Below are positions 47,423 to 57,581 of a stretch of 64,000 nucleotides of DNA, one piece after another. The notes under the pieces are model-generated. The model was not told where the DNA came from. It was given only the letters and a program-made list of their open reading frames with translations, and ran no database searches. The stretch's first letter is position 1. Each line of letters opens with the position of its first letter. The stretch is from a virus. A program made the translations under genes and the position numbers. The DNA is taken from IMG/VR virus record IMGVR_UViG_3300021960_009431. The stretch is one strand, 5' to 3'.

Positions 47423-48067
47423 ATGAAACTCATATGCGAAGTAAACGAAGAGCTAGAGTATATTGCTGAAGATGCTAGTGAAGGTAAAACTCACAAGATA
47501 AAAGGTATCTTTATGCAAGGAGATATTACGAACCGTAATGGTCGTAGATACCCTATGCAAACTTTAATTAAAGAAGTAAAAAGATATCAAAAAGAGTATA
47601 TCGATAAAAAGCGTGCTTTCGGCGAGTTGGGTCACCCCCAGGGTCCAACAATCAATTTAGACCGTGTATCGCATATGATTACTAATCTTACACCAGAAGG
47701 ATCTAATATTATTGGTGAAGCTAAAATTTTAGACACGCCAATGGGTAATATTGTAAAGAACCTTATGAATGAAGGAGCTACTATTGGTGTTTCTTCTCGT
47801 GGTATGGGTTCTTTAAAAGAGAAGAACGGTGTAGCAGAAGTACAAAAAGATTTCTATCTAGCAACAGCAGCTGATATTGTTGCAGATCCTTCCGCTCCTA
47901 ATGCATTTGTAGAAGGTATTATGGAAGGTAAAGAATGGGTTTGGGAAAATGGTATTCTTCGTGAGAAGACTATCAACGACTACAAACAAATAATCGAAAA
48001 GACCTCATCTAAAGACTTAGCAGAAACTAAAATGCGTGTCTTTGAGGACTTCATCTCAAAACTTTAA
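47423..48067 (+). CDS. gp21: Prohead protease gp21
   Basis: NRNGR.YP, GELGHP, GVSSRGMGSL, DIVADPSAP.AFV motifs. Confidence 0.95.
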   Translation: MKLICEVNEELEYIAEDASEGKTHKIKGIFMQGDITNRNGRRYPMQTLIKEVKRYQKEYIDKKRAFGELGHPQGPTINLDRVSHMITNLTPEGSNIIGEAKILDTPMGNIVKNLMNEGATIGVSSRGMGSLKEKNGVAEVQKDFYLATAADIVADPSAPNAFVEGIMEGKEWVWENGILREKTINDYKQIIEKTSSKDLAETKMRVFEDFISKL

Positions 48068-48111
48068 TATTATAAATAATAGAGAATAATCCATCAAAGG
48101 AGAAAATAACG

Positions 48112-49245
48112 ATGTCTGATCAAGATCTACAAATGAGAGAAGAAGACCTCGTCGTTGCAGAAGAAGAGCAATTAGATGAGTTCAAAGCTTCTATGGGTGA
48201 TCCATCTGAGGTTCCTGGACCTACTGGTTCAAAAGCCAAAGCGCCTGGAAAATCTAAAAATGTTACAGATGATCCAGCAGATTCACCAACTGCGGTTAAA
48301 CCAGAAAAAGGTCAAGAACCTAAAACTAAAATGGGTATGATCCAAGCAATGGTTGATCGTATGAATGGTATGAAGAAAGCTGATCTTCAAGCTTCATATG
48401 GTAAAATGAATGCTGCTATGATGCATAAAGAAGATTTGGATACTGAAGATACAGTTGAAGAAAATGTAGAAGTAGTTAAAGCTGGTCATAAAATTACAGC
48501 AGATGATATTGATATTCAAGAAGATATCAAAGCTGTATTTTCTAATGACGAAGAGCTTTCAGAAGAGTTTAAAGAAGCTGCTACTACTATTTTCGAAGCC
48601 GCTGTTGTATCAAAAGTAAACGAACAACTAGAAAAATATGTTGTTGACATTGAGTCAGAGCTTAACGAAGAAAAGACAAAACTTGAAGAAGAGATGTCTG
48701 CTAAACTAGACCAGTATTTAGACTACGTAGTAGAAAACTGGATGGAAGAAAATCGTTTAGCTGTTGAATCAGGTGTAAAATCAGAACTAGTAGATGATTT
48801 CATTACTGGACTAAAAGATCTATTTAATGAGCACTATATTGAAATTCCAGACGATAAAGTAGATGTCGTTGAAGAATTAGCTGCTCGTGCTGAAGATCTA
48901 GAAAATCGTCTAGATGAAGAAATTAAAAAGAATGCTGCTTTTAATGCTCAAATTTCAGAGCATGCGAGAGCCGACTTATTCGCAGAAGCTTGCGAATCCT
49001 TGACAGAGACTCAAAAAGAAAAGTTTAAGACTCTGTCTGAAGGTATTGAATTCGTTAATGAAGAAACGTACGTTGAAAAACTAGAAACTCTGAAGAAAAG
49101 CTATTTTAGCGAATCAGTTGAGTCAACAGCATCAACAAGTGACTTTGATGACGCTGAGCCCCTTGAAGAGGAAGCTAAAGAGCCTCGAATTGAGCCAGAA
49201 ATGTCCGCTTATGTCAATGCCATTTCAAGATCACTGAAAAAATAA
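48112..49245 (+). CDS. gp22: Prohead scaffold gp22
   Basis: LSEEFK..A.TIFEAAV, YLDYVVENWM.EN, LKKSYF, MSAY motifs. Confidence 0.93.
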   Translation: MSDQDLQMREEDLVVAEEEQLDEFKASMGDPSEVPGPTGSKAKAPGKSKNVTDDPADSPTAVKPEKGQEPKTKMGMIQAMVDRMNGMKKADLQASYGKMNAAMMHKEDLDTEDTVEENVEVVKAGHKITADDIDIQEDIKAVFSNDEELSEEFKEAATTIFEAAVVSKVNEQLEKYVVDIESELNEEKTKLEEEMSAKLDQYLDYVVENWMEENRLAVESGVKSELVDDFITGLKDLFNEHYIEIPDDKVDVVEELAARAEDLENRLDEEIKKNAAFNAQISEHARADLFAEACESLTETQKEKFKTLSEGIEFVNEETYVEKLETLKKSYFSESVESTASTSDFDDAEPLEEEAKEPRIEPEMSAYVNAISRSLKK

Positions 49246-49292
49246 AAATTATAAATAATATTAGATTTGGAAAACCTTAAAGGAGAAATCAA

Positions 49293-50687
49293 ATGCAATA
49301 TGTATCTGAAGAACTAATGCAGAAGTGGCAACCGGTTCTTGAGCATAACGATCTTCCAGAGATCAAAGACGCTCATCGTCGTTCTGTCACAGCTACATTG
49401 TTAGAAAACCAAACCCGTGCTTCAAGAGAAGCTGCACAGGGTTCAGGTGGCTACTCAATGCCATCGCTCTTGGGCGAGGCAGCACCTACAAACGCAATGG
49501 GTGCATCATCTTCTACAGCCGGAGACGGTAGCGTAGATATTTTTGACCCAGTACTGATCTCACTAGTACGTAGATCAATGCCAAACCTTATCGCTTATGA
49601 TATTGCTGGTGTTCAGCCTATGACTGGACCAACTGGTCTTATTTTTGCGATGCGTGCACGTTACTCAGGTCAAGCTGGTACCGAAGCAATGTACAACGAA
49701 GCAGACACAGACTTTTCTAAGTCAGCTGCTGGTAACACACTATCTGGTTTTGCTCTTGATGAGTCAACTGGTGACGGTGTAACAACTGGTCAGACAGGTT
49801 CTGATCCAACAGCTCGCGCATCTGCTAACGGCTACACAGTAGCACAAGGTATGTCAACAGCACAAGCAGAAGCCATGGGTGATGCAGGTAACAATGCATT
49901 CCAAGAGATGGCCTTCTCAATTGAGAAAGTATCTGTAACAGCAGTTTCACGTGCTCTTAAAGCTGAGTACACAATGGAACTTGCACAAGATCTTAGAGCA
50001 GTACACGGCCTTGATGCTGAAACTGAACTAGCAAATATCTTGTCAGCTGAAATTCTTGCTGAGATCAACAGAGAAGTAGTTAGAACTATTAACTATACTG
50101 CTACTGCTGGTGCACAAGACAACACAGCAACTGCTGGTACATTTAACCTTGACGTTGATTCAAACGGCCGTTGGTCAGTTGAAAGATTTAAAGGTATGAT
50201 TTTCCAAATCGAGCGTGAAGCGAATCAAATCGCAAAAGACACTCGTAGAGGGAAAGGTAACATGCTAATTTGTTCTTCAGACGTTGCGTCTGCTTTGCAA
50301 ATGGCTGGTGTACTAGATTATACTCCTGCTCTATCTGCTAGCTTGAATGTAGATGATACAGGTAATACATTTGCAGGTATCTTGAACGGTCGTATTAGAG
50401 TATACATCGATCCATACTTCTCAAGTGCATCTGGTAACCATTACATGACAGTAGGTTATAAAGGTTCTAGCGCATTCGATGCTGGTCTTTTCTACTGCCC
50501 ATATGTACCACTACAGATGGTAAGAGCCGTTGGCGAAAATACTTTCCAACCAAAAATCGGGTTTAAAACTCGTTACGGTATGGTTGCTAATCCATTCGCT
50601 AAAGGTGCTTCTGCTGGTAACGGTTCTATCGCATTTGCTGATAAGAACGTATACTACAGATTGGTTTCAGTCGCAAACCTAATGTAA
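49293..50687 (+). CDS. gp23: Major capsid protein gp23
   Basis: LISLVRRSMPNLIAYD..GVQPM.GPTGLIFAMR, ALKAEYTMELAQDL, FQPKIGFKTRYG motifs. Confidence 0.97.
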   Translation: MQYVSEELMQKWQPVLEHNDLPEIKDAHRRSVTATLLENQTRASREAAQGSGGYSMPSLLGEAAPTNAMGASSSTAGDGSVDIFDPVLISLVRRSMPNLIAYDIAGVQPMTGPTGLIFAMRARYSGQAGTEAMYNEADTDFSKSAAGNTLSGFALDESTGDGVTTGQTGSDPTARASANGYTVAQGMSTAQAEAMGDAGNNAFQEMAFSIEKVSVTAVSRALKAEYTMELAQDLRAVHGLDAETELANILSAEILAEINREVVRTINYTATAGAQDNTATAGTFNLDVDSNGRWSVERFKGMIFQIEREANQIAKDTRRGKGNMLICSSDVASALQMAGVLDYTPALSASLNVDDTGNTFAGILNGRIRVYIDPYFSSASGNHYMTVGYKGSSAFDAGLFYCPYVPLQMVRAVGENTFQPKIGFKTRYGMVANPFAKGASAGNGSIAFADKNVYYRLVSVANLM

Positions 50688-50716
50688 TAATAAGAGTAGG
50701 GTTAACCTACCTCCAC

Positions 50717-50743
50717 AAGGGCCTCTTCGGAGGCCCTTTTTTT
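50717..50743 (+). terminator. Intrinsic terminator with cUUCGg tetraloop
   Basis: AAGGGCCTC-TTCG-GAGGCCCTT followed by a T run. Confidence 0.92.
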
Positions 50744-50777
50744 ATGCCTAAATATACAAAACAACTGAGGTATTAAA

Positions 50778-51308
50778 ATGGCTGAACAAGGCGCATTATA
50801 TCAACAACCTGATAATAAAAATTTATTATCACCTACAGGTTTTAGATTTCAATTAAACCGTACTCCTAATGTAAACTATTTTACATATAGTGTACCTATA
50901 CCTACTCTAACCCTTGGAGAGATCGATACTGAGAACCCTAACGTTAGATTACCATTTCCTGGTGATAAGATACGTTTTGAACCTTTGTCTATTAGATTTA
51001 GAGTAGATGAAGATTTAGAAAATTACTTAGAAATACATAATTGGTTAATAAGTTTAGGTTACCCAGAAGATATTTCCAACTCTGGTTATGGTAAGGGAGC
51101 TTATAATACTAGTGGTGCAGTTTTTTCAGATGGTAGTTTGTTAATTCTCTCTAGTCATCAAAATACTAATTTAAGAATTAATTTTAAAAACTTATTTCCT
51201 ATTTCTTTAACTGAGTTGAACTTTGATGCCTCTTTAACTGATATAGAATATTTAGAAGCTACTGCTACTTTTAGATATGGTTTATATGAAATAGAAAAAG
51301 TACAATAA
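50778..51308 (+). CDS. gp3: Tail tube terminator/completion protein gp3
   Basis: LSP.GF.F, PGDKI.FEPL..RF.VDEDLENY.EIHNW, FP.SL motifs. Confidence 0.88.
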   Translation: MAEQGALYQQPDNKNLLSPTGFRFQLNRTPNVNYFTYSVPIPTLTLGEIDTENPNVRLPFPGDKIRFEPLSIRFRVDEDLENYLEIHNWLISLGYPEDISNSGYGKGAYNTSGAVFSDGSLLILSSHQNTNLRINFKNLFPISLTELNFDASLTDIEYLEATATFRYGLYEIEKVQ

Positions 51309-51313
51309 AACAG

Positions 51314-51352
51314 TTGCACTACCGGGATTTTAAGCCTATAATAAACGTGTAG
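51314..51352 (+). promoter_or_regulatory. uvsY promoter TTGCAC-N17-TATAAT
   Basis: TTGCAC 51314-19, TATAAT 51337-42, followed by AAACGTGTAGT. Confidence 0.75.
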
Positions 51353-51379
51353 TGTTTTTAAGACTGGATAATATATATT

Positions 51380-51820
51380 ATGAATATTGAAGAGATCATG
51401 GATATGTGGACTCAAGATGCTAGGATCGATGATGTTGATCTAGATCGTGAAAGTTTAGGAGTACCTAACCTCCATGCCAAGTACTTAAAGGTACTTTATC
51501 AACAGAAGCTTAAGCTTCGTAAATTAAACATTCAGAAAAAAACGTTAGTGAAGGTACTCGGTGAGTACTATAAGGGTGATCTTAATAACCCTGAGGATCT
51601 TAAGGACATCCAGCGAGAACCATGGTCTCGCACCATTCTTAAGGCAGATATAAATAGTTATGTAGATAGTGATGAAGAAATGATTAAACTCCTTACTAAG
51701 CTTGCTTATCAAGAGGAGGTGGTGTTGTTATTGGAAGATATAATGAAGAATATTAATAATAGGACCTTCCATATAAAAAATGCAATCGAGTGGAGAAAGC
51801 TTACCAACTTCGGTATTTAG
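51380..51820 (+). CDS. uvsY: Recombination mediator UvsY
   Basis: W..D..ID...L..ES..VP.LHAKY, INNR.F.IKNAIEW motifs. Confidence 0.92.
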   Translation: MNIEEIMDMWTQDARIDDVDLDRESLGVPNLHAKYLKVLYQQKLKLRKLNIQKKTLVKVLGEYYKGDLNNPEDLKDIQREPWSRTILKADINSYVDSDEEMIKLLTKLAYQEEVVLLLEDIMKNINNRTFHIKNAIEWRKLTNFGI

Positions 51821-53270
51821 AGAATTGATTACATTATCCAAAGTGAATGAAACATATTTAAGAGTTGAAGGCTCTGGCGGCGTACGACGTGAATTGAATG
51901 AATTCTTTTCTTTCTATGCTCCAGGGTATAAATTTATGCCTGCTTATCGTAACAAATTTTGGGATGGTAAGATAAGGTTATTTGATGGTAATAAAAATAC
52001 AACATATCTCGGTCTACTACCTTATATAAAAGCTTTTTGTAAAGATAGAGATTATGATATAGAGTTTGATGAAGAGTTAGAATATTGTAATGAATGCTCT
52101 CTTTCTGAAGTAGATGAATTTGCATCTACATTAAATTTACCTTTCCAGCCTAGAGAATATCAAACAGAAGCGGTTGCTCACTGTATTCGTGAGAATAGAG
52201 CAATGATACTATCACCTACAGCTTCTGGTAAGTCTCTTATTATATACTTACTTACACAATTTTATCAAGAACATAAAACATTAATTATTGTACCAACTGT
52301 ATCTCTTGTTACACAGATGGCTGGAGACTTTAAAGACTATGGTTATAAAGGTAATTGTAAGTTAATTACAGCTGGTGTTGATAAACATAATATAGACGAA
52401 CGTATTACTGTTACTACTTGGCAGTCAATATATAAAATGCCTAAAGCTTGGTTTGATCAATTTGAAGTAGTTGTAGGTGATGAAGCTCATTTATTTAAAG
52501 CTAAATCTCTTACCTCTATTATGACTAAGCTTACAGACTGTAAATATCGTTTTGGATTTACAGGTACATTAGATGGTACTGAAACTCATAAATTAGTATT
52601 AGAAGGTTTATTTGGTACTGTAAAAAGCTTTGTAAAAACAAAAGATCTAATTGAATCTGGTACAGTAGCAGATTTAAAAATTAAAATTTTAGTCTTGAAA
52701 TATGCTGAAGAAACAGCTAAAATTAATAAAGATAATAAATTTCAAGATGAAATGGATTTTATTGTAAGAAATGAAAAACGTAATAAATTTATTACTAATC
52801 TAGCTAAATCATTAAACGGTAATACTCTTATACTATTTCAATACGTTGAGAAGCATGGTAAGGAATTATATGCACAGATTGAGAGATCCCTAAATACTAG
52901 TAGAAAAGTATTTTTTGTTTTTGGTGGTGTTGATGCTGAGACACGAGAAAGTGTTAGACAAATCGCAGAACGTGAAGACGATGCAGTCATTATTGCATCT
53001 TATGGAACGTTTAGTACCGGTGTCAACATTAAAAATTTACACAATGTTATATTTGCGTCCCCGTCCAAATCTCGAATTAGAAATTTACAATCTATTGGTC
53101 GAGGCCTCAGAAAATCCGAAACAAAAGAGGCAATGACATTATATGATATTGCTGATGATTTGCAATATAAGAAAAAAGTAAATTATACTCTCAGACATCT
53201 ATATGAGAGAGTAAAAATATATAACGAAGAACAATTCCAATATAAAATTTATAAAATAAAATTGGAGTAG
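51780..53270 (+). CDS. uvsW: RNA-DNA/DNA helicase UvsW (true start may be TTG 51825)
   Basis: WDGKIRLF, SPTASGKS, DEAH, QSIGRGLR motifs. Confidence 0.95.
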   Translation: MQSSGESLPTSVFRELITLSKVNETYLRVEGSGGVRRELNEFFSFYAPGYKFMPAYRNKFWDGKIRLFDGNKNTTYLGLLPYIKAFCKDRDYDIEFDEELEYCNECSLSEVDEFASTLNLPFQPREYQTEAVAHCIRENRAMILSPTASGKSLIIYLLTQFYQEHKTLIIVPTVSLVTQMAGDFKDYGYKGNCKLITAGVDKHNIDERITVTTWQSIYKMPKAWFDQFEVVVGDEAHLFKAKSLTSIMTKLTDCKYRFGFTGTLDGTETHKLVLEGLFGTVKSFVKTKDLIESGTVADLKIKILVLKYAEETAKINKDNKFQDEMDFIVRNEKRNKFITNLAKSLNGNTLILFQYVEKHGKELYAQIERSLNTSRKVFFVFGGVDAETRESVRQIAEREDDAVIIASYGTFSTGVNIKNLHNVIFASPSKSRIRNLQSIGRGLRKSETKEAMTLYDIADDLQYKKKVNYTLRHLYERVKIYNEEQFQYKIYKIKLE

Positions 53271-53272
53271 AT

Positions 53273-53620
53273 ATGCATCAAGGTCTCAAAGTACTAAAAT
53301 TAACTTCCGGTGATACTATCGTAGGTCATTGCACTACAAGAAAATCAAGCTCTATCATACAGGTAAATGATCCTGTACAGTTCACAATGATGTATAGAGG
53401 AGATAGTTCAGGCACATTAGTAGCTCAACAATGGTTAGAAACTGATGAGAAATCTTTTTCTATACATAAAATGCAAATTGTAGCAGTTGCTGAACCTAAT
53501 GATATGTTAAAAGAGTATTATTTAAATAGTTTAGAAGATCTATCACAAATATATGAAGAAGATTATGAAGATATAGAAGAACTAGTTAACTTCGATATAG
53601 ATAAACAAACTATTCATTAG
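53273..53620 (+). CDS. Conserved hypothetical (Sm-like) protein between uvsW and gp55
   Basis: VLKLTSGDTIVG start; conserved synteny in marine T4-likes. Confidence 0.55.
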   Translation: MHQGLKVLKLTSGDTIVGHCTTRKSSSIIQVNDPVQFTMMYRGDSSGTLVAQQWLETDEKSFSIHKMQIVAVAEPNDMLKEYYLNSLEDLSQIYEEDYEDIEELVNFDIDKQTIH

Positions 53621-53649
53621 TTGCATTTTAATAAAAAGTATTATATAAT
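53621..53649 (+). promoter_or_regulatory. Sigma70-type promoter TTGCAT-N17-TATAAT for the gp55-47-46 operon
   Basis: TTGCAT 53621-26, TATAAT 53644-49. Confidence 0.7.
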
Positions 53650-53677
53650 ATAATTGTATTCTTAACAAGGTATAATA

Positions 53678-54241
53678 ATGGCTAAACGTAAAAGAAATGA
53701 ATATGTAAATAATAAAGATTTTTTAGCAGCATTAATTAAGTACCGTGATGATGTAAGGGAAGCAGAAGCTTCTAATAAATCTAGACCACGCGTCCCTAAT
53801 TATGTAGGTGAGTGTATAATGAAAATTGCAACTCATTTAGCACGCAAACCTAACTTTATAAATTATACATTTAAAGATGATATGATATCAGACGGTATTG
53901 AAAATTGTTTGCAGTACATCGATAATTTTAATCCAGATAAATCAAATAACCCGTTTGCTTATTTTACTCAAATTATATGGTTTGCATTTTTACGTAGAAT
54001 TCAGAAAGAGAAAAAATTATTATATGTAAAATATAAAATGACTGAAAACGTAAATATGATGGAGATGACGTCAGATCGACAAGGCCATGATATTGGTGGT
54101 AACTTTAATGATAGTATTAAAATGAGTGAATGGTCAACCGAGTATATGAGTAATTTTATAAATGACTTCGAAGAGACAAAGCGTCGCAAAGTCAATAAAC
54201 GTGAGCAGAAAAAAATAGATGAAAATAGCGCTAGTAACTGA
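53678..54241 (+). CDS. gp55: Late sigma factor gp55
   Basis: YVNNKDF, PNFINYTFKDDMISDGIENC, NPFAYFTQI...AFLRRI.KEKK motifs. Confidence 0.95.
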   Translation: MAKRKRNEYVNNKDFLAALIKYRDDVREAEASNKSRPRVPNYVGECIMKIATHLARKPNFINYTFKDDMISDGIENCLQYIDNFNPDKSNNPFAYFTQIIWFAFLRRIQKEKKLLYVKYKMTENVNMMEMTSDRQGHDIGGNFNDSIKMSEWSTEYMSNFINDFEETKRRKVNKREQKKIDENSASN

Positions 54242-55289
54242 TACGCACTTTGGTGCTCGTAATGATAATACAGCGTTTGCAGACTATTTCGGAAAATTTT
54301 ATACAGATATTTTCTTTCCATATCTAAAAGAGAATAATATTGATACTATTATTCATCTAGGCGATATCGTAGATAGACGCAAATATATTAATTACCAAAC
54401 CCAAGCTCATATGCAAAAAGCTTTCATTGATCCTGTCATTGAAAACAATTACACTATGCATGTGATTATTGGTAATCATGATACGTATTATAAAAATACT
54501 AATGAAATAAACTCAATGCAGCAGTTATATGGTACTACTGGGTATGAGAAAATTAAATGGTATGATAATAATCCAGCAGTAATAAATTTTGACGGTTGTG
54601 ATATTATGCTTCTACCTTGGTTGTGTAGTAATAATATTGAGCCTTTTATGAAAGAAGTAGATAAAACTACAGCTCAAGTATTATTCGGTCATCTTGAGCT
54701 TAAAGGTTTTGAGATGTATAGAGGTGCAATTAATGATCACGGTTTTGATAGTTCTCTTTTCAATAAGTTTGATATTGTATGCTCTGGACATTTTCACCAT
54801 AAAAGTACAGTCGGCAATATTAACTATCTCGGCTCTCCTTACGAAATTACTTGGTCGGACTTTGATGATCCTCGCGGCTTTCATATTTTTGATACTGATA
54901 GTAGGGCAATAGAGTTCGTTAAAAATCCATATACAATGTTTAATAAAATATTCTATGATGATGAAAATCAGACTATGGAATATGTTGTTAATCAAAACTA
55001 TGAGCGTTTAGCAAATAGTTATGTTAAAGTGATTATTAAGAATAAAACTAATCCTTATTGGTTTGACATGTTTATGGAGAAGCTTGAAAAAGTAAATCCT
55101 ATTCATATTCAAGTTGTAGAAGATCATTTGAATCTCGATCTAGAATCAGATGATGATATTGTAAGTGAAGCAGAAGATACTATGACTATTCTGCACAAGT
55201 ATATTGATAATCTAGAAGTTAATGTAAATAAGACACAACTAGAGACAACAATAAAAGATTTATATTCTGAAGCACTATCGGTGAGTTAA
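54219..55289 (+). CDS. gp47: Recombination endonuclease subunit gp47 (Mre11-like)
   Basis: DTHFG, HLGD, GNHD, GHLE, SGHFH motifs. Confidence 0.95.
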   Translation: MKIALVTDTHFGARNDNTAFADYFGKFYTDIFFPYLKENNIDTIIHLGDIVDRRKYINYQTQAHMQKAFIDPVIENNYTMHVIIGNHDTYYKNTNEINSMQQLYGTTGYEKIKWYDNNPAVINFDGCDIMLLPWLCSNNIEPFMKEVDKTTAQVLFGHLELKGFEMYRGAINDHGFDSSLFNKFDIVCSGHFHHKSTVGNINYLGSPYEITWSDFDDPRGFHIFDTDSRAIEFVKNPYTMFNKIFYDDENQTMEYVVNQNYERLANSYVKVIIKNKTNPYWFDMFMEKLEKVNPIHIQVVEDHLNLDLESDDDIVSEAEDTMTILHKYIDNLEVNVNKTQLETTIKDLYSEALSVS

Positions 55290-57004
55290 TGATCTATTTT
55301 AAATATCTTCGTTGGAAGAATTTTCTTTCAACTGGAAATGTATTTACTGAATTAAAATTAGATAAAGCAAAATCTACTCTTGTAGTAGGTGAAAATGGTG
55401 CTGGTAAAAGTACTATGCTCGACGCTTTGTCCTTTGCTCTGTATGGTAAACCGTTTCGTAAAATTAATAAACCTCAACTTATGAATACTATTAACCAAAA
55501 AGGTTTAGAAGTGCAAGTTGAGTTTCGTGTTGGTAAAAAAGAATATATGATCGTACGAGGTGTCAAACCTAATAAGTTTGAGATTTATGAGAACGATAAA
55601 ATTATTAATCAAGATGCAGCAGCTAGAGATTATCAAGAAGTCTTAGAAAAAAATATTCTTAAACTTAATCATAAATCCTTTAGTCAGATTGTTGTACTAG
55701 GTAGTAGTACGTTTGTTCCTTTTATGCAACTTCCTTCAATGCATCGTAGAGAAGTTATTGAAGACTTACTTGATATTCAAATTTTCTCTACGATGAACAC
55801 TCTTTTAAAAGATAAAGTAAATAATAATAAATCTGAAATTCTTGATAACGACTATAATATTAATCTTGCTGAAGAAAAGATTAAAATGCAGCACCAGTAT
55901 ATTAATGAGTTAAAGCAAAACACTGAGAAGCGCGTTAATGAAGCTAAGGTAAAAGTAGTCAAAGCAGAAAAAGAAAAACAAGAATATAATACGTTAATAG
56001 ATACTCTTCAAGATCAAGTTAATATATTACAAGAAAGTATTTCTGATTTTGAAAGCTTAACTAAAAAGAAATCTAAGGTAGAGCAGCTAGAATATAAACT
56101 TCAAGAAAAAATTAAAAAGCTTGAACATGATATTGAGTTCTATCAAGATCATGATAACTGTCCTGTGTGTAAGCAAGACATCGAAGAAGACTTTAAAGAT
56201 CAGACGATTGAAGAAAAAGAAACTTCATTAAATGAGACTGTAAATGGTTTTAATCAGTTAAGAGAAGAATGGCAATCGATTAATAATCGTATACAAGAAA
56301 TCTCTGAAGTACAGTTAGATATTTCGTCTAAGCAGAATGAAATTAGCAGTAACAATTCTCACATCAATGCTTTAAATAAACTTATTGACAGTATTAATGA
56401 AGATATTACCAGTATTGATGATAGCGATAAATCAGATAAGTCAGATAAAAAGAAATTAGAGACATTAGAAAAAGCTTTAGTTAAACTACAATCTTATAAA
56501 GAAGAAATAATAAATGAGCGATCTGTTTTAGATATTGCATCGATGATTCTTAAAGATTCTGGTATTAAAACTCGTATTATTAAACAATATATTCCAGTAA
56601 TGAATAAACTTATTAATAAGTATCTTGCTGCAATGGATTTCTTTGTTGACTTTCAGCTTGATGAAAACTTTAATGAAACTATAAAGAGTAGGTTCCGAGA
56701 TGTATTTTCCTATGCTTCCTTCTCAGAAGGTGAAAAGATGCGTATTGATCTTGCGTTATTGTTTACTTGGAGAGCTGTATCAAAGTTACGTAACTCAGTA
56801 AGTACTAATCTTCTTATTATGGATGAAGTATTTGACTCATCTTTAGATAATACTGGTACAGAAGAGTTTTTAAAGATACTAAATGACTTGACTTCTGATA
56901 CAAATGTCTTTATAATAAGTCATAAAGGTGATCAACTCTATGATAAATTTCATAGTGTTATTCGTTTTGAGAAGCATAAAAACTTTAGTAGGGTTGCAGC
57001 ATGA
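55289..57004 (+). CDS. gp46: Recombination endonuclease subunit gp46 (Rad50-like)
   Basis: GENGAGKST, CPVC hook, FSEGEKMRID, DEVFDSSLD motifs. Confidence 0.95.
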   Translation: MIYFKYLRWKNFLSTGNVFTELKLDKAKSTLVVGENGAGKSTMLDALSFALYGKPFRKINKPQLMNTINQKGLEVQVEFRVGKKEYMIVRGVKPNKFEIYENDKIINQDAAARDYQEVLEKNILKLNHKSFSQIVVLGSSTFVPFMQLPSMHRREVIEDLLDIQIFSTMNTLLKDKVNNNKSEILDNDYNINLAEEKIKMQHQYINELKQNTEKRVNEAKVKVVKAEKEKQEYNTLIDTLQDQVNILQESISDFESLTKKKSKVEQLEYKLQEKIKKLEHDIEFYQDHDNCPVCKQDIEEDFKDQTIEEKETSLNETVNGFNQLREEWQSINNRIQEISEVQLDISSKQNEISSNNSHINALNKLIDSINEDITSIDDSDKSDKSDKKKLETLEKALVKLQSYKEEIINERSVLDIASMILKDSGIKTRIIKQYIPVMNKLINKYLAAMDFFVDFQLDENFNETIKSRFRDVFSYASFSEGEKMRIDLALLFTWRAVSKLRNSVSTNLLIMDEVFDSSLDNTGTEEFLKILNDLTSDTNVFIISHKGDQLYDKFHSVIRFEKHKNFSRVAA

Positions 57005-57537
57005 TAATGAATTTAGTGAAATCAAATGATCCAATATTAAAACAGAAATGTGAAATGTTTGATTTTGATAATCCACCGATGGATCCATTAAAATTAGCGC
57101 TTGACTTAAGAGAGAGTATGATATATCATAAGGGTATTGGTTTATCTGCTTGTCAGGTTGGTATACCATATAGAGTATTTGTTGCTGGTGATCCAGGTGA
57201 TATTGATAATATTAAAGTATTTTTTAATCCGAGAGTAGTTGATGCATCGGATCAAAAAGTTTTGATAGAGGAAGGATGCTTATCTTTCCCTGGTTTGTTT
57301 ATGAAGGTAAAACGTCCAGCCACAGTACGACTTCGATTTGCTGATCCTAGAGGTACAATAGCTACAGAGACATATGAAGGTGTACCAGCACGAGCTATTC
57401 TACATGAATATGATCATATGGATGGTATATTGTTTCATAATCGTGCTAATTCATATCATAGAGATCAAGCAAAAAAACAGAAAAAAAAGTTAGATAGGCT
57501 TCGCGAAGCTAATAAAAAGAAGCTAAGTAAAGTATAA
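57001..57537 (+). CDS. def: Peptide deformylase
   Basis: GIGLSACQVG, EGCLSFPG, HEYDH motifs. Confidence 0.93.
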   Translation: MIMNLVKSNDPILKQKCEMFDFDNPPMDPLKLALDLRESMIYHKGIGLSACQVGIPYRVFVAGDPGDIDNIKVFFNPRVVDASDQKVLIEEGCLSFPGLFMKVKRPATVRLRFADPRGTIATETYEGVPARAILHEYDHMDGILFHNRANSYHRDQAKKQKKKLDRLREANKKKLSKV

Positions 57538-57539
57538 TC

Positions 57540-57575
57540 AGTAGTGCCCTTCCACTGCTTAACTAAAACTAGGAG
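57540..57575 (+). promoter_or_regulatory. Riboswitch-like stem-loop/pseudoknot leader of queE
   Basis: AGTAGTG/CACTGCT stem; loop CCCTTC complementary to SD GGAG; A-rich linker TAACTAAAACTA. Confidence 0.4.
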
Positions 57576-57581
57576 TTCTAA

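Noticed and set aside
36779-50687. Introns, inteins or homing endonucleases in terminase/portal/capsid genes
   Set aside because: All ORFs are continuous and of normal length
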